Part shown: one piece after another, positions 9,028 through 21,900 of the stretch
Position numbering within the stretch: the first letter of the stretch is position 1
How the letters are laid out: each line of letters begins with the position of its first letter
DNA from: Octopus sinensis
Taxonomy: Eukaryota
NCBI RefSeq assembly: GCF_006345805.1
Contig: NC_043013.1
Coordinates: 42,966,001-43,030,000 of the forward strand
Length of the DNA: 64,000 nt
Direction: 5' to 3'
Translations under genes and position numbers: made by a program
Notes under the pieces: model-generated
Databases searched by the model: none
What the model saw: only the letters and a program-made list of their open reading frames with translations
What the model was told of the DNA's origin: nothing

Positions 9028-12000
9028 GTAGGAATGAAATTACTTATGTCCATGTCTGTGTGTATGAAAGAGAGAGCGAGAGAGAAAAGGAAAGAGGGTT
9101 ATGTCGCTCCTTGTCGATAGATTTTCTTTTCTTTTAAATGTGAAAACAAATATTCACGAATGAACGCCCCCCCCTGCCTGTCTCGCAATTTTAAGACGTA
9201 TTTTGTATTTTTCGTTGTTGCTGATATCGTGAGAATCAAAAATTGCAACAACAAAAAAGAAAACTTGTCACGTTTCTCATCCATTATTCACTGCAGTCCT
9301 GTACTTCCGTCCTTCATTCATTCCCGTAGCACTTTCTACAACATATAAATTTCTTTAACTCGCCTTGTTCTTTAGGATTGAACGAAACGTTTGGTTTTTA
9401 GAATCGTCAGCGTCTACATACAGCATTAAAATTGATCAACTAATCAAATTTTCTTAAGCCATTTAAGAAAAAAATCATAAGGGAAAGTTAATGTGGGTGA
9501 ATGACGTCGTTTACCGACATGGACGGATTGTCAAATTCTATGCCGGCAACATGTTTTCTGACATCTCTATTATTAAGAATGGCTAGAGCAGCAGACGAAG
9601 TGTCTTCAGTAATAAGTTTGAATAAGAATGAATAACAACCTTCGTTGGTCGCATCTCCAGCGTCTACATACAACATATTTTTTTTTTCAATCTTAAGAAC
9701 GATAATGTATCCGAAAAATCTTCCGGAAAACACTTGTTGACTCGCCGTCTGAAGAAAATAAAAATTATCGACGAAGAATGTTACACGTGTACATCGACTA
9801 GGCAAAAAACACCCATTAAATCGCATTTAGCCGTGCTTTTAGTTCTCTGCGGCCCTAAAACTTACCAAGTTGTCGAAGAGTGTACTTCATTTCAGGAAAC
9901 CCCTCAATACCCTTCCTCAATAAAATATGGTTAATATCTACTTTTAACACCTGGCTACCAAAACAAAAAGCAAAACGAAAAAAAGTCATGTGTAATAGGT
10001 GTAAAAAATGTGTAGTAAAAGAATCTGAAAACCAAAATTTGCGCAAACGAACCAAAAGTGGGGAGAGGAGTTTCGGAAAATTCGCACGATCCAATTTTTT
10101 TCCCCTCGTAACTTTCAGGAAAATGGATATCTTTCGATGAAATTTTATAGAAATATCTTTCAAACTGCATAGGTTACGATTCTAAAGAAATTTGTGGGGG
10201 AAATGTTTTCTCAAGGTAGTTCGGAGAAGATTTTGGGTAAATTTACACGATAAAATTTTTTCCCTTAATAACTTTCAGGAAAATGTATATCTTTTGATAA
10301 AAGTTTATACAAATACTTTTCAAACGGCAAAGATTACAATAAATAAAGAAATTTTTGGGGAAAAATTTTTCCGATGAGGTGATGAGAGGAGTTTTGGATC
10401 AAGAAGACCACATATGTTGGAATTTCTCCGTTTTCACAGATTTTTCCAATTGTTTTTCAGCACAGCTTTCGAAATGATGAGGAACATTTTTTTAATTAAA
10501 AAAACCGTTTGGAAAAATTTATGATTTTTTTTTTTTACTTCCCACTTAATGATGATACCAATGGACCACACTCGTATCCATTGGTGGGATATAAGCATCA
10601 ACAAACAAGTGGTGATTTTTTTACCCCCATCTTAATTAAGCAAGGCCGTGTGTGTGCAAGAAAAAACATTTTCTAACATAAAAGTATGCCAATAAAATAA
10701 GTTATCTTTTACATACCTATTTTTTAAAAATCACTGTGGAGGAATGCCAGAAATGACCTCACGCTCTCCATTATTTTAAATTATAAACAGAAACAATCAG
10801 GGGCGGTGAGTGGGGTTGAAAAAAATCATAAATTTTCAATTTTTTTTTATAGCGTAAATGTGGAAAGAAAAATATTGAAAAACATCAATACATGCGAGAG
10901 TGTGAAAGAAACGAGGAGGGTTGTCTTGGGATGTGCTAACAACAGACAGCTCTCCCTTAAATCACACCTTTTCCTCTGAAAATATTTACAATTTTTTTTT
11001 TACCTAAAAGGCTCCTCCCATAGTTTTTAAATGCAAATAATTGGCCAGACTTGGGGGATGTGTGTGTGTGAGGAGAATGACAAATTGGCCAAAGTGAGTG
11101 GGTGGGACAAAAAATTGGCCGATGGGGGAATAAAAAACATGTGGTCTTCCCAATCCGAAACTTTTCTCCCCACCCCCTTGGAAAAAGTTTTCCTCACAAA
11201 TTTCTTTATAATTGCAATCTGTGCCTTTTGAAAGGTATTTGTGTAAACTTTCATTAAAAGGTACCTGTTTTCCTGAAAGTTAAGAGGAAAAAATCAGATT
11301 GTGTGAATTTTCCGAAAGTCCTCTCCCAACATGGTTTGTTTTGTTTTGGTGGCCAGGTGTTAAACTAGATTTTAACCTAAAAAATTTATCAACAAAACCT
11401 CTTCTATTATGTCTCAACACAGACTATGTAACCACACTCAAGCAGAAGACCAATCGATAGAAAGGTTTCTGCTAGACCTGAAAAACCTTGCTGTGAAGTA
11501 TTACATACAGTTTCTAATAGCAGAACAACACTGTGACTTATCAATTCATAACGCTTTTGTCTCAGGAATAAATTTCTTGACCATTCGTCCATGGTTACTT
11601 GAATCTACTGAAGATGACCTAGACTCTTTGATAAAAATTGTTTTAACAATGGAAGTGGCCAATAAGGATGCAAGGAACTTGTGAATAATGAACCCTTCAT
11701 GTCCTCAAGTTCTGGCAGCTGCAGGAAAACAATCCTGTTACAGGTGTGATGGGCCTATTCATCCAAAATCAACATGTCCAGCCAGGAACTCTACCTTTAA
11801 TAACTGCTTCCAAAAAGGACTCTGTGCCACCTGTTTGCATGACAAAGAAGCCTACTTCTTTCAAACAAATTGTTTTGGGGATCAGAACAGAAGGTAGGGC
11901 TGATCCCCAAAACAATTCAACGGATGTGCAAGATATAGTTGTGGAGAGGGAGAGATAGGGATATATAAGGGGCTATATTAGGTGGTTATGATGGTTGATA

Positions 12001-15000
12001 TGGGAAGGTATTGAGAATGATAGCAGATAAGAAGTGTTTAGAATGGAGTAAAGCAGGAGTGAGAAAAGGTAGTGGCTGAAGGCGCAGAAGGGTAGTGATT
12101 GGTTGAAATAATGTGGGCAGGGATGATGAGGAATGGAAGTGGTTTGGGTGGGAGGGGGCTGTCTGGGATATAAAATGTACCATGTTACTTGGAGATGAAT
12201 ACCTTAGTTGCGTGGTACCATAGATTTAGAGGGAGGAATGCTTGATTTGTTGGGGAGAAAGGAGGGGGACAGTCTCGCAGTTACAAGCATATGAGTGTGT
12301 TTTTTTAGGATTCTCATTAAATATAAACATGTAAAATTACCTCCTGTGGACTCCTAAAGCTTTATTTACCACCAAGGGTCAAATTGGACCACTTTGAGAA
12401 GCCCTGACCTAATTAGTTCTCTCCCATTTCCTCTATAGTTATTAAAAGCAGCTTTGTTTTGCATTTGATTTGTAAAATTCTGTGATTCTGTAGATGTGAA
12501 TTGTGCTGGGAGTTCCAAGTGGAGAAAATAAGTCTTGAGACATTGAGAGGTGATGTGAGCACAAACAAAGAAAAAACTAAATGATAATGCAATAATTTAT
12601 TAATTACTTTTAAAGGGTGCTGTTTCTATACACTAACTCTTTAGCTCTTGCATATTCCAATGATATTCATTCTATATCATGTATAGCTTTTACAATGTGT
12701 TGATTGTAAAATTGGGGTTTTAATTGAGAGAATATTCCACTGTCATAAAAAATTTTATAAAGATTTTTAGTAGAAAACAGATTTTTCTTTGGCATATTAC
12801 TCCAATGACCATACCAAAACTGAGACATTGGAGAAAAACCTGGTTCTATGGCCTGTTGAATCCATGGTAACATGTAATGGGAATATGAAATGATGATACT
12901 GTAACAATTTGCTTGAGCAGAAAAAGTGCAGTCAAGACATAGCATGCATTGGGTCATCCCATAAATAATGCAGTTATGTTCAATTGCATGACCTAAAAGT
13001 TGGAGGGGGACAGAATAAACTACCTGCATCAACTTGCTATAAAAGCAGGTAGTAATTTTATCTTGTACTTATTCTTAGTGCTAGTTTTGAAGAGTGTGGT
13101 TCGATTTGAACAACTATTTTTTCAAAGCTATAATGGAAGTGACAAAGGAGCATATTTGGTGTATTTCACTTTATGAGTTCAATAGAGGCAACAATGCAAC
13201 AGAAAGTGCAAGGAATATTAATGCAGTATATGGGGATCGGACAATAAGCATAAGCCAGTATCAATGGTGGTTCCAGAAATTCCAAGCTAGAAATTACACT
13301 CTAGAAGATGAGCTTCATCCTGGAAGATCTGTAGAGTTCAACGAGGACGTCCTGCAAACCCTGGTGGAACAAAATCCCATTGTAACTGTTGAGGAACTAG
13401 CAGAAAAGCTTGAATTTGGTCATTCAACCATTTATCGACACCTGCATGCCATCAGAAAAGTCAGCAAATTGGGTCAGTGGGTTCCTCACAAACTTTCTGA
13501 ATTTAAAATTTTGTGCAGAGTGTGAATGTGTGCTCTTCTTTGCTGTCATGTCTCACGAATGAACCTTTTTTGGACTGTAAAAGTGTCAGGCGCTGAAAAC
13601 AGTGGGTAGGGAAAGGAGAAACACTGGAACCCCAGGCTAAAGAAGGTCTTAATCCATCTAAGGTGTTGTTATCTGTTTGGTGGGATGTGAAAGGTTTAGT
13701 CCATTTTGAACTTTTAAACTCAAACCAAAGGAGATCTACTGCAAGCAGCTTGAGCAGCTTAAATCAGTGGCAGAAGGAAAATGACCATCTTTGGTTTCAA
13801 GACGAAAAGTGTTCTTCCATCAGTATAATACTCGGTGACATACAAAGAGGATGACATTCCAAAGGCTGGAGCAGTTTGAATGGGAAGCGATGCTCCACCC
13901 ACATTGCCCCTGCTTATTATTATTTATTCCACAGTCTTCAAAATCCTTTGGGTGGAAAAAATATGAATTCTGTAGACAAGGTCAGAACAGTATTGGGGGA
14001 GTATTTTTTGTCACAGACAAGTGAATTTTGGAAGAGGAGCCTTGCAAGTCTACCAGATAGATAGAAGAGCATTGTGGAAAATGAAGGAGAGTATATTTTA
14101 GATTAAAAAAGAATTTTGTTTATCTTAATTTTGAAAAATAAAAGAAGTATAAAAAAACCCACATTATTTATAGGATGACCCAATACATTCACTTTTCCAT
14201 ATAGATAGAAAATGTTAAAAGTATATGAAGAAAGTTTGGTCTTCCATTATAATAATTTGTCATTCTTTTATTTTGCTGTTTGTGACAATTGGTTGATTTA
14301 TATATAATATAACATGATATAATGTGTGTTTATGTGTGTATATAGACAATAAATTTTTGTCTGATTGCAACAGTTGGTGCTCTTGCAGAATACTTGCATA
14401 AAATTCAGCATCTATTACTTCTGCAGCTGTCTGCCAGTAATGTTTTATATATTTATATAGCCCTTTCACTTGACATATCATTCAAAAGTAAACAAAAATG
14501 TTGTTGACTTAAAATCGATTCCAGGAGATAAAACTTATGTGTGAAATTCGGTTTGGTTCCTGCTGATTAAATTACTGTGACATCTGCGTAGGGTTATTTT
14601 ATTTCTTTCATATAGGCACAGGAGTGGCTGTGTGGTAAGTAGCTTGCTTACCAATCGCATGGCTCCAGGTTCAGTCCCACTGTGTGGCACCTTGGACAAG
14701 TGTCTTCTACTATAGCCTCGGGCTGACCATAGCTTTGTAAGTGGATTTAGTAGATGGAAACTGAAAGAAGCCCATTGTATATATATATATATATATATGT
14801 GTGTGTTTGTGTGTCTGTGTGTCCCCCCACCATTGCTTGCCAACAAATGTTGGTGTGTTTACGTCCCTGTAACTTCTCGGTTCAGCAAAAGAGACCCACT
14901 AGGCTTACAAAGAATTAATTATAGGGTAAAAGCAGTGTAATGTTACAGTGAATTTGAGTGCCATATTTATTCATAAATAATGCCTACTTAACTCTTAACT

Positions 15001-15955
15001 ATGAAATCCCAGAAAAAATATCTCCTGTATATTATATGGACTGTTTTTTAAAATTTTTTCTTTATTAGTGTTAATGCTGTATAAAAAAAAAAGTATTTAG
15101 TCAGATTTATCAAAATTAATTATATAGACTGTAAAAGTATTGAACCAACATGGACAGATATAAATTACAATACGGGATGGAAACACTTCTTTGAATACTT
15201 CTGTTTTAAAATTTTCATTATTAAATTTCTTTTTTTCTTTTTTCAGTAGGAATGTATGTAATAACACTTCATTTTAATAAAATAAAGCTTTTGAATTGGA
15301 CCTTCATTTTCTTTCCCACCTGTATTTACTTTTAGGTATTGATCTGTCAATATAAATGATGGGTAGTGGCTGTATTGAAATTACAGGTGTAAGGAGCTGC
15401 AAAAGCATAATGTCCCCCTCTTTTCCTAAGTTAGCAATATACATGCATGCAGGATGTCTCAGAATTAACTATTCTATTTCAATTAAATTGGGCAAATTGT
15501 TAAAAAAAAAAAAACTGACAGATACCAAAACAAAAAGATTTATAAACCTTACATCAAAACTTTATTGAAAATGTTCAATATGTGCTCCGTCTGTATCCCT
15601 GAGAATTTCAAATCTATCTTTTGAAGCATTTCGAAGTTTTTCAGGAGTTATCTCCTGCACTGCTAACTGAATGCATTCTTTAAGTTCAGCTAAACTGTTG
15701 CTCTATCCTGGGGGTGGAGGTAGAGAAAATGATTGCAGCCAAACTGGAAAAAAAAAAGGAAAGAAAGAAAAAGCTCTCGTGGATAGATAGGTGGGATCCA
15801 ACAGGAATGAAAATAAAATTATAAAAATATAGACAAAATTTAAAATTTATACACTTTTAGCACATATTAATCATGATAAATATAAATAAAAGTGAGTTTT
15901 TTAAACAATTGTCTGATTTCACTGAAATAGATAGCTAATTCTTGGACACCCTGTG

Positions 15956-15988
<33 letters not shown>

Positions 15989-18900
15989 ATAGATGTTGTG
16001 ATATATATGAACCTAGCAATGCAGACATCACTTTTATCTATTTACACAGGCTCTAAAAAGTGAAGGAGAAACTCTTGAACATACTGAAGGAAGTAAAGAA
16101 AAAGCAGATACAGTTCCAACCAGTGAGTTACATTTTGTCTTAGCTATCTTGAAGTTCCATTATCTTTGGTAGTACTCTTGACTGACTTCCTTATAAGTAC
16201 AGGAGTGATGAATATTTTATTATGATTTACATTAAAAATAGTGTTTGTGCAATTCAAAGAAAATCTTTGATAGTTGCAAGAACATTTGTGTTCTTGATTT
16301 TATTTTGGAAAGTTAACTGCAGCCAAGTATTTAATCTCACTCAATACACAGAGGAAGTGGTATACTATAGGAGCAGTTTTTGTTGATCTGACATCCGCTT
16401 ATATATGATATGATTAACTGCCATCATCGTTTAGCGTCCGCTTTCCATGCTGGCATGGGTTGAACGGTTCAACTGGGGCCTGGGAAGCCAGAAGGCTGCA
16501 CCAGGCCCAGTCTGATCTGGCAATGTTTCTATGGCTGGATGCCCTTCCTAACGCCAACCACTCCATGAGTGTAGTGGGTGCTTTTTACGTACCACCTGCA
16601 CAGGTGCCAGATGAGGCTGGCAAACGGCTACGATCGGATGTTATTGTTAAATGATATACAGTTTAAAGGGTATGAATTTCATGTAATTTATCTTTGTTAT
16701 GATTGGAAGTAGACATTTCTTTACAATTCTGGATAGCAAAAATGGATGCACATGGATATTATAAAGTAGTCTACCTCAGGGTTGCATACTGGCTCTTTTG
16801 TTTGTTTAACATCTGCTAAAATGTTTTATCTATCTCTATGGTATATGCATAGCATACCAAAGACAAAATTTCAATGAAATCTTTTGATGAGTGCTACTTT
16901 AAGCAGTCTTAGCTCTTGTACATGAACAATGATTTACTTGTCAAATTCATGAAAATGCAGGTCTCTGAAGTCTATCTAAGAAGGAATTGCATAGTTAAAT
17001 ATATCATGGTCTGAAAGAAAAGTTGAACACTACAAGATTCCCTTATATCTGAGTCTGTGACAAGACTGTAGTCGCATATAAGCTGTCTACAAACTCAAGC
17101 AACTCTCGGTTGGGTGCAAGTCATCAAGCATTCAGAATATCTGAATTGGCTTTATAGATCTCACAGGAAGACAATAAATTGCATGACAAAACAATTTTCT
17201 GTCCACTGACTACTGGGAATTAGCAAGGTCATTGCTGACGTGAATAATATATACAGTGACAGCTCTTTAGTATTATGATGTATGGAAATAGGAGAGGATT
17301 TGTTGTCTCAAATGCATTGTAAAAGTTCAATATTATAAACAAAACAAAAGCAAATTTGAAAGTAACCTTTGAACTTTATGGTGCGGCTGTAATAATGTAC
17401 TTGCTGTAAAGTCAATGTACAATTAATGTGAAAGTTCACTTGTTAATTCAATAATACATATTCTCTTTCACTTAAATTTTTCTTTCTCTTAATTGATTGT
17501 TATTATCATTATTAATCCTTTAGCATTTAAACTGGCCATATCTGGCCCGAATATTCTACCAGTTTTATGATCAAATTGACCAGATCAGGCCTCTTGTACC
17601 TACAATGACATTCTAGAAATAAACAATCACCTCATCAAAATCTCAAAGCTACAGGATAATGCATGATTAATTCAAAACAATATGAATGAATAGGCTTTTG
17701 CATTTGACAGTAATTTAAATGCTAAAGGGTTAAGACAGCAATATAGCAGAATTGTCAGGGCATCGGACAAAATACTTGGTGGCATTTCTTCCAACTCTTT
17801 ACGTTCTGAGTTCAAGTGTCATCTAGGTTGACTTTGCCTTTTATCTTTTCAAGGTTAATAAAATAAATACCTGTCAAGTACTGGGGGTGGGATGGTTGAT
17901 AGTTGATGCGATCAGCTACCCAAATCCACCTCCTGTTAAAATTGCAGGCCTTGTCTAAAGTTTGAAACCATTAACTTTGTAGCATTCAGATTATTCTGTC
18001 AAATGTAATGCTTATTTATCCAGATTCTTTTGAATCCATCATGCATTATCTCACAGCTTCAAGATTTCAATCATGTGATTGTTTATTTTTAGAATGACGT
18101 CTGGCAGATTAAGAGTCTGGATCTAACCAGTTTTGACATAAAACAGAATATTTGGGCTGGATGTGGCTGGTTTAAATGCAAAAGGGTTATTATTATTATT
18201 ATTATTATTTATTTCTGTTTTTCAGATGCAACTGACTTGGGAGAAAATGAGGTAATAATGTTGTTTTTATATCCTAGTTTTTCTCAACCCTTTAATTATC
18301 TTCACTAGTTTCTTTTAGTCCTTTATTCCTCATAGCTTTTTTCCCCACTCCCTAATTATCTTCACTGTAGCACCACTCAAATGAATTATATGAAATACAC
18401 CAAGAAAATTTTGTTGAGTATCATTCTTCTAGCTAAATTACACTTAAACCAATGATGTTTGACCATGGTTTCATATGTAATGTTTTTTTCCTAATTTTCT
18501 TATAGCATTCTTTTTCTTTTCATTCTTCCCTATTCTTATTATATATAACAGATTATACAGAGGTTTCTGTAAGTTTATTTTAAATTTTAACATTTTTAGG
18601 TTTTGAGTGAAGATAAATTCCAGGAAGAAAGTGAACCTACAGATGTTCTTCGTAAGTATCACAGGTCTACAACTAAAAAGTTAAACATAGATGCTATATA
18701 TGTACCTGTGTGAATATGTGTCTATATTGACTAGTGTTGTTGAGGGTATCTAAAATTCCATTGCTGATTCCAGTAACAGCATTGGTGATGATACTGAGAA
18801 ATTTGTCAGTCACGACAATTTCATTTTGGACTAGAAAACTACTTACCTCAGTCTGCTGAGCTGACAAGTTCCTGTCCTATCATCATCATCATCATCATTT

Positions 18901-21900
18901 AGCATCCATTTTCCATGTTGACATGGGTTAAACAGTTTGACTAGAACTAGAATAGAGAGCTGCACCAGGTTCCAGTCTATTTTGGTTTGGTTTCTATGGT
19001 TGGATAGAATGTACTGGGTGTCTTATGTGTCACCAGCATGGGTGCCCTTAACATGTCACCAGCAAGGATGCCTTTAACATGTCACTGGCATGGGTAACTT
19101 CTACATGTCACTTATCATGGGTGCTTATAACGTGTCACTTGCACTGGTGCATTTATTGTGTCACCAACATAGGTGCCTTTAATATATCACTGACACTGGT
19201 GCCTTTAATGTGCCACTAACATGGGTGCCTTTAATGTGTCACCAGCATGGGTGCCTTTAACATGTCACCAATGTGGGTGCCTTTAATGAGTCACCAGTAT
19301 GGGTGCCTTTAACATGTCACCAAAGTGGGTGCCTTTGACGTGTCATTAACATGAGTGCCTTTTTATGTGTCACCAAGACAGGTGCATTTTATGTGTCACT
19401 CATTGACAAAAATATAGGATATGGTAAACTGTGCTTTGAAACCCTTCCTGCCTATGTCATCATTTAACATCCACTTTTCCATGCTTGTATAGATCAGATG
19501 GAATTTATTGAGGTAGATTTTCTATGTCCAGATGCCTTTCCAAGCAATATAATATTTCCCATGGCCACACTTGGTTTCTGTCGAAGACTGAGAACAAACA
19601 ACATTGCTTCTATGATGGCAATGCTTGTTTACAACCATCAAGGGATGACAAATCAAGGGTTCGATACACGTGCATGCACAGACAAACATATATCTATACA
19701 CCAGGCTTCTTTCAGTTTCCTTCTTGTAAATCCATTCAAAGGCTTTTGATTGGCCCAAAGCTTGTAGTAGAAGACATTTGCTGATGGTGCTGTGCAGGAG
19801 GACTGAACCTGAGACCACACGGTTGGGAAGCAAGCTTCTCAACCACACAGCCATAACTGCACATATGTTAACAGGATAATTAATCCTAAAACAGCAACTT
19901 GTTTTGTGGTGTTATGACTATCTAATATACAATTGAATATGTTATAGTGGTGTATTTACCTCAATGTTATATCTGGCCTTGCAGTGTTAAACTATTTTAC
20001 TTTGTGTTCAGATGTGTGATACACTATTTTGTCATGTAATGATACACGTAACTGATTAATATCTCTGAGCTAATTATATTAATTATATTAATTTCCAGAA
20101 AATAAATCAACTGCAGACATGGATGAGGTTGGTGAAGTTTGTGATCTTTTTTTATGAATTAGTTAATTTCTTCTGTTTATCTTCCATTTGTTAGTAATTA
20201 GTAATTAGAATGTCATCTGTTGGTAGTGGTGCTTATCATTTATTTCATTGTTTGTCATAAGAAGTAGATGACTTACTTTGTCATGGTGCCAAAAATATAA
20301 AAGCTACTTTCTGAGTTATAACACTCTTATTTGGAGACGTGTTTGACTGTTCAGGAGGCTGGTGAGATTTGAGTAATCATAAACTGTAACATAGGTTCAA
20401 CTCACAGTAGTGGATGGATCTGGTTTACCCATGGCTCATTACCTGAAATTAAAGTATTCAGTGACAATGACATATGATATATTTTCCATTTTCTTTGTGT
20501 TATTTGGTGAAAGTTGTTGTGGTGGCCTAGATTCACTATATATATATCACTATTTCACTTCCTGTTTCATGGTTGTCAATTCTCAGTATTGTCAATTACT
20601 TATCTCCTGCAAAATGGGGTTTCTCTGAATGATCTCTGGAGTAATGTTGCTCAACTGGATGTGCTGTTTGGAGATCAGGGAATCTCTCCAGGTTGACGGC
20701 TGCTTCTCTGCATTGGGAGGTCACAGCTCTGGACATGGGATTAGAATGTCACAGGAAAGAATCACAAGACTCATTCCTGAAGCTGAGCCAACCAGCAGGA
20801 GGCCTAAGGGGGTGGACCGAGAATGACATGGTTGGATAATATCCAGGTGCAGACGTGGCTGTGTGATAAGAGGCTTGCTTCCCACTGCATGGCACTTTGG
20901 GCATATGTCTTCTATTATGGCCTCAGGCTAACCAAAGCCTTGTGAGTGGATTTGGTAGATGGAAACTAAAAGAAGCCCATCATGTGTATATGTATGTGTG
21001 TGTGTGTGTGTTTGATCCCCACCACTGTTTGACAACCGGTGTGTCCATGTTCCCATAACCTAGTAGTTCTGCAAAAGAGATTGATAGAATAAGTACTAGG
21101 CTTTAAAAAAAATAAACACTGGGGTCAATTCATTTGACTAAAAATTCTTCAAGCCAGTGCCCCAGCATGGCCACAGTCTAATGACTAAAACAAGTAAAAG
21201 ATAGTCTCAGTTGGCTGTGCTTAGGGATCCAACCAGAAGATGTTGCTTTTGATAGGACCCTGTGGAGGAGGTACCTGAGGACTCTAACCCCATGATCCTA
21301 CCAGGAATAATGAGTAGAGATGAATGTATGGATGGTCAATTACTTATGATGGTGTTATCTGAATGGCAACTTTGACCCATTCATCAATGAAATGTTTTCA
21401 TTGATGAAGATAGCTGTGAATTTAAGTTGGTAGATTTTAGGTACAATGTGAAATACAATTAAGAGACATTATTTACATTGCACGGATATGTGTCCTCATC
21501 TGATTTACTCTCCAGCCTTCATCAGGTGTCCTAGTAGAATTTTGAACCCAACCTTGGGTTTGCATTCCTAAGGTTTTTTTTTTGCTGATATTATTATCAT
21601 TATTCAAGGCACTGCCTGAAATTGAACTCGGAATCTTGAGCTTAGTAGCCTGTGCTCTTTGCTATATGCCTGTGGGCAATTATAGAGTGAATTTTATATT
21701 AAAAAAAAATACCTTAGGAATGAGAACCCAGGGCTGGGTTCAAAATTGTACCAGGACACCTGATGATGGCTGGAGAGTAAATCAGCTGAAACATTGTGGT
21801 AACAACAAACAGGATGAGGACACATATTCATCCAATGTAAATAATATACAGAATTCTTCATCTCTAAAATATAGAACAGAATATAGAAGAGACATGATAA

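Noticed and set aside
19014-19400. CRISPR array
   Set aside because: Contiguous tandem units with no unique spacers, eukaryotic context, no cas genes
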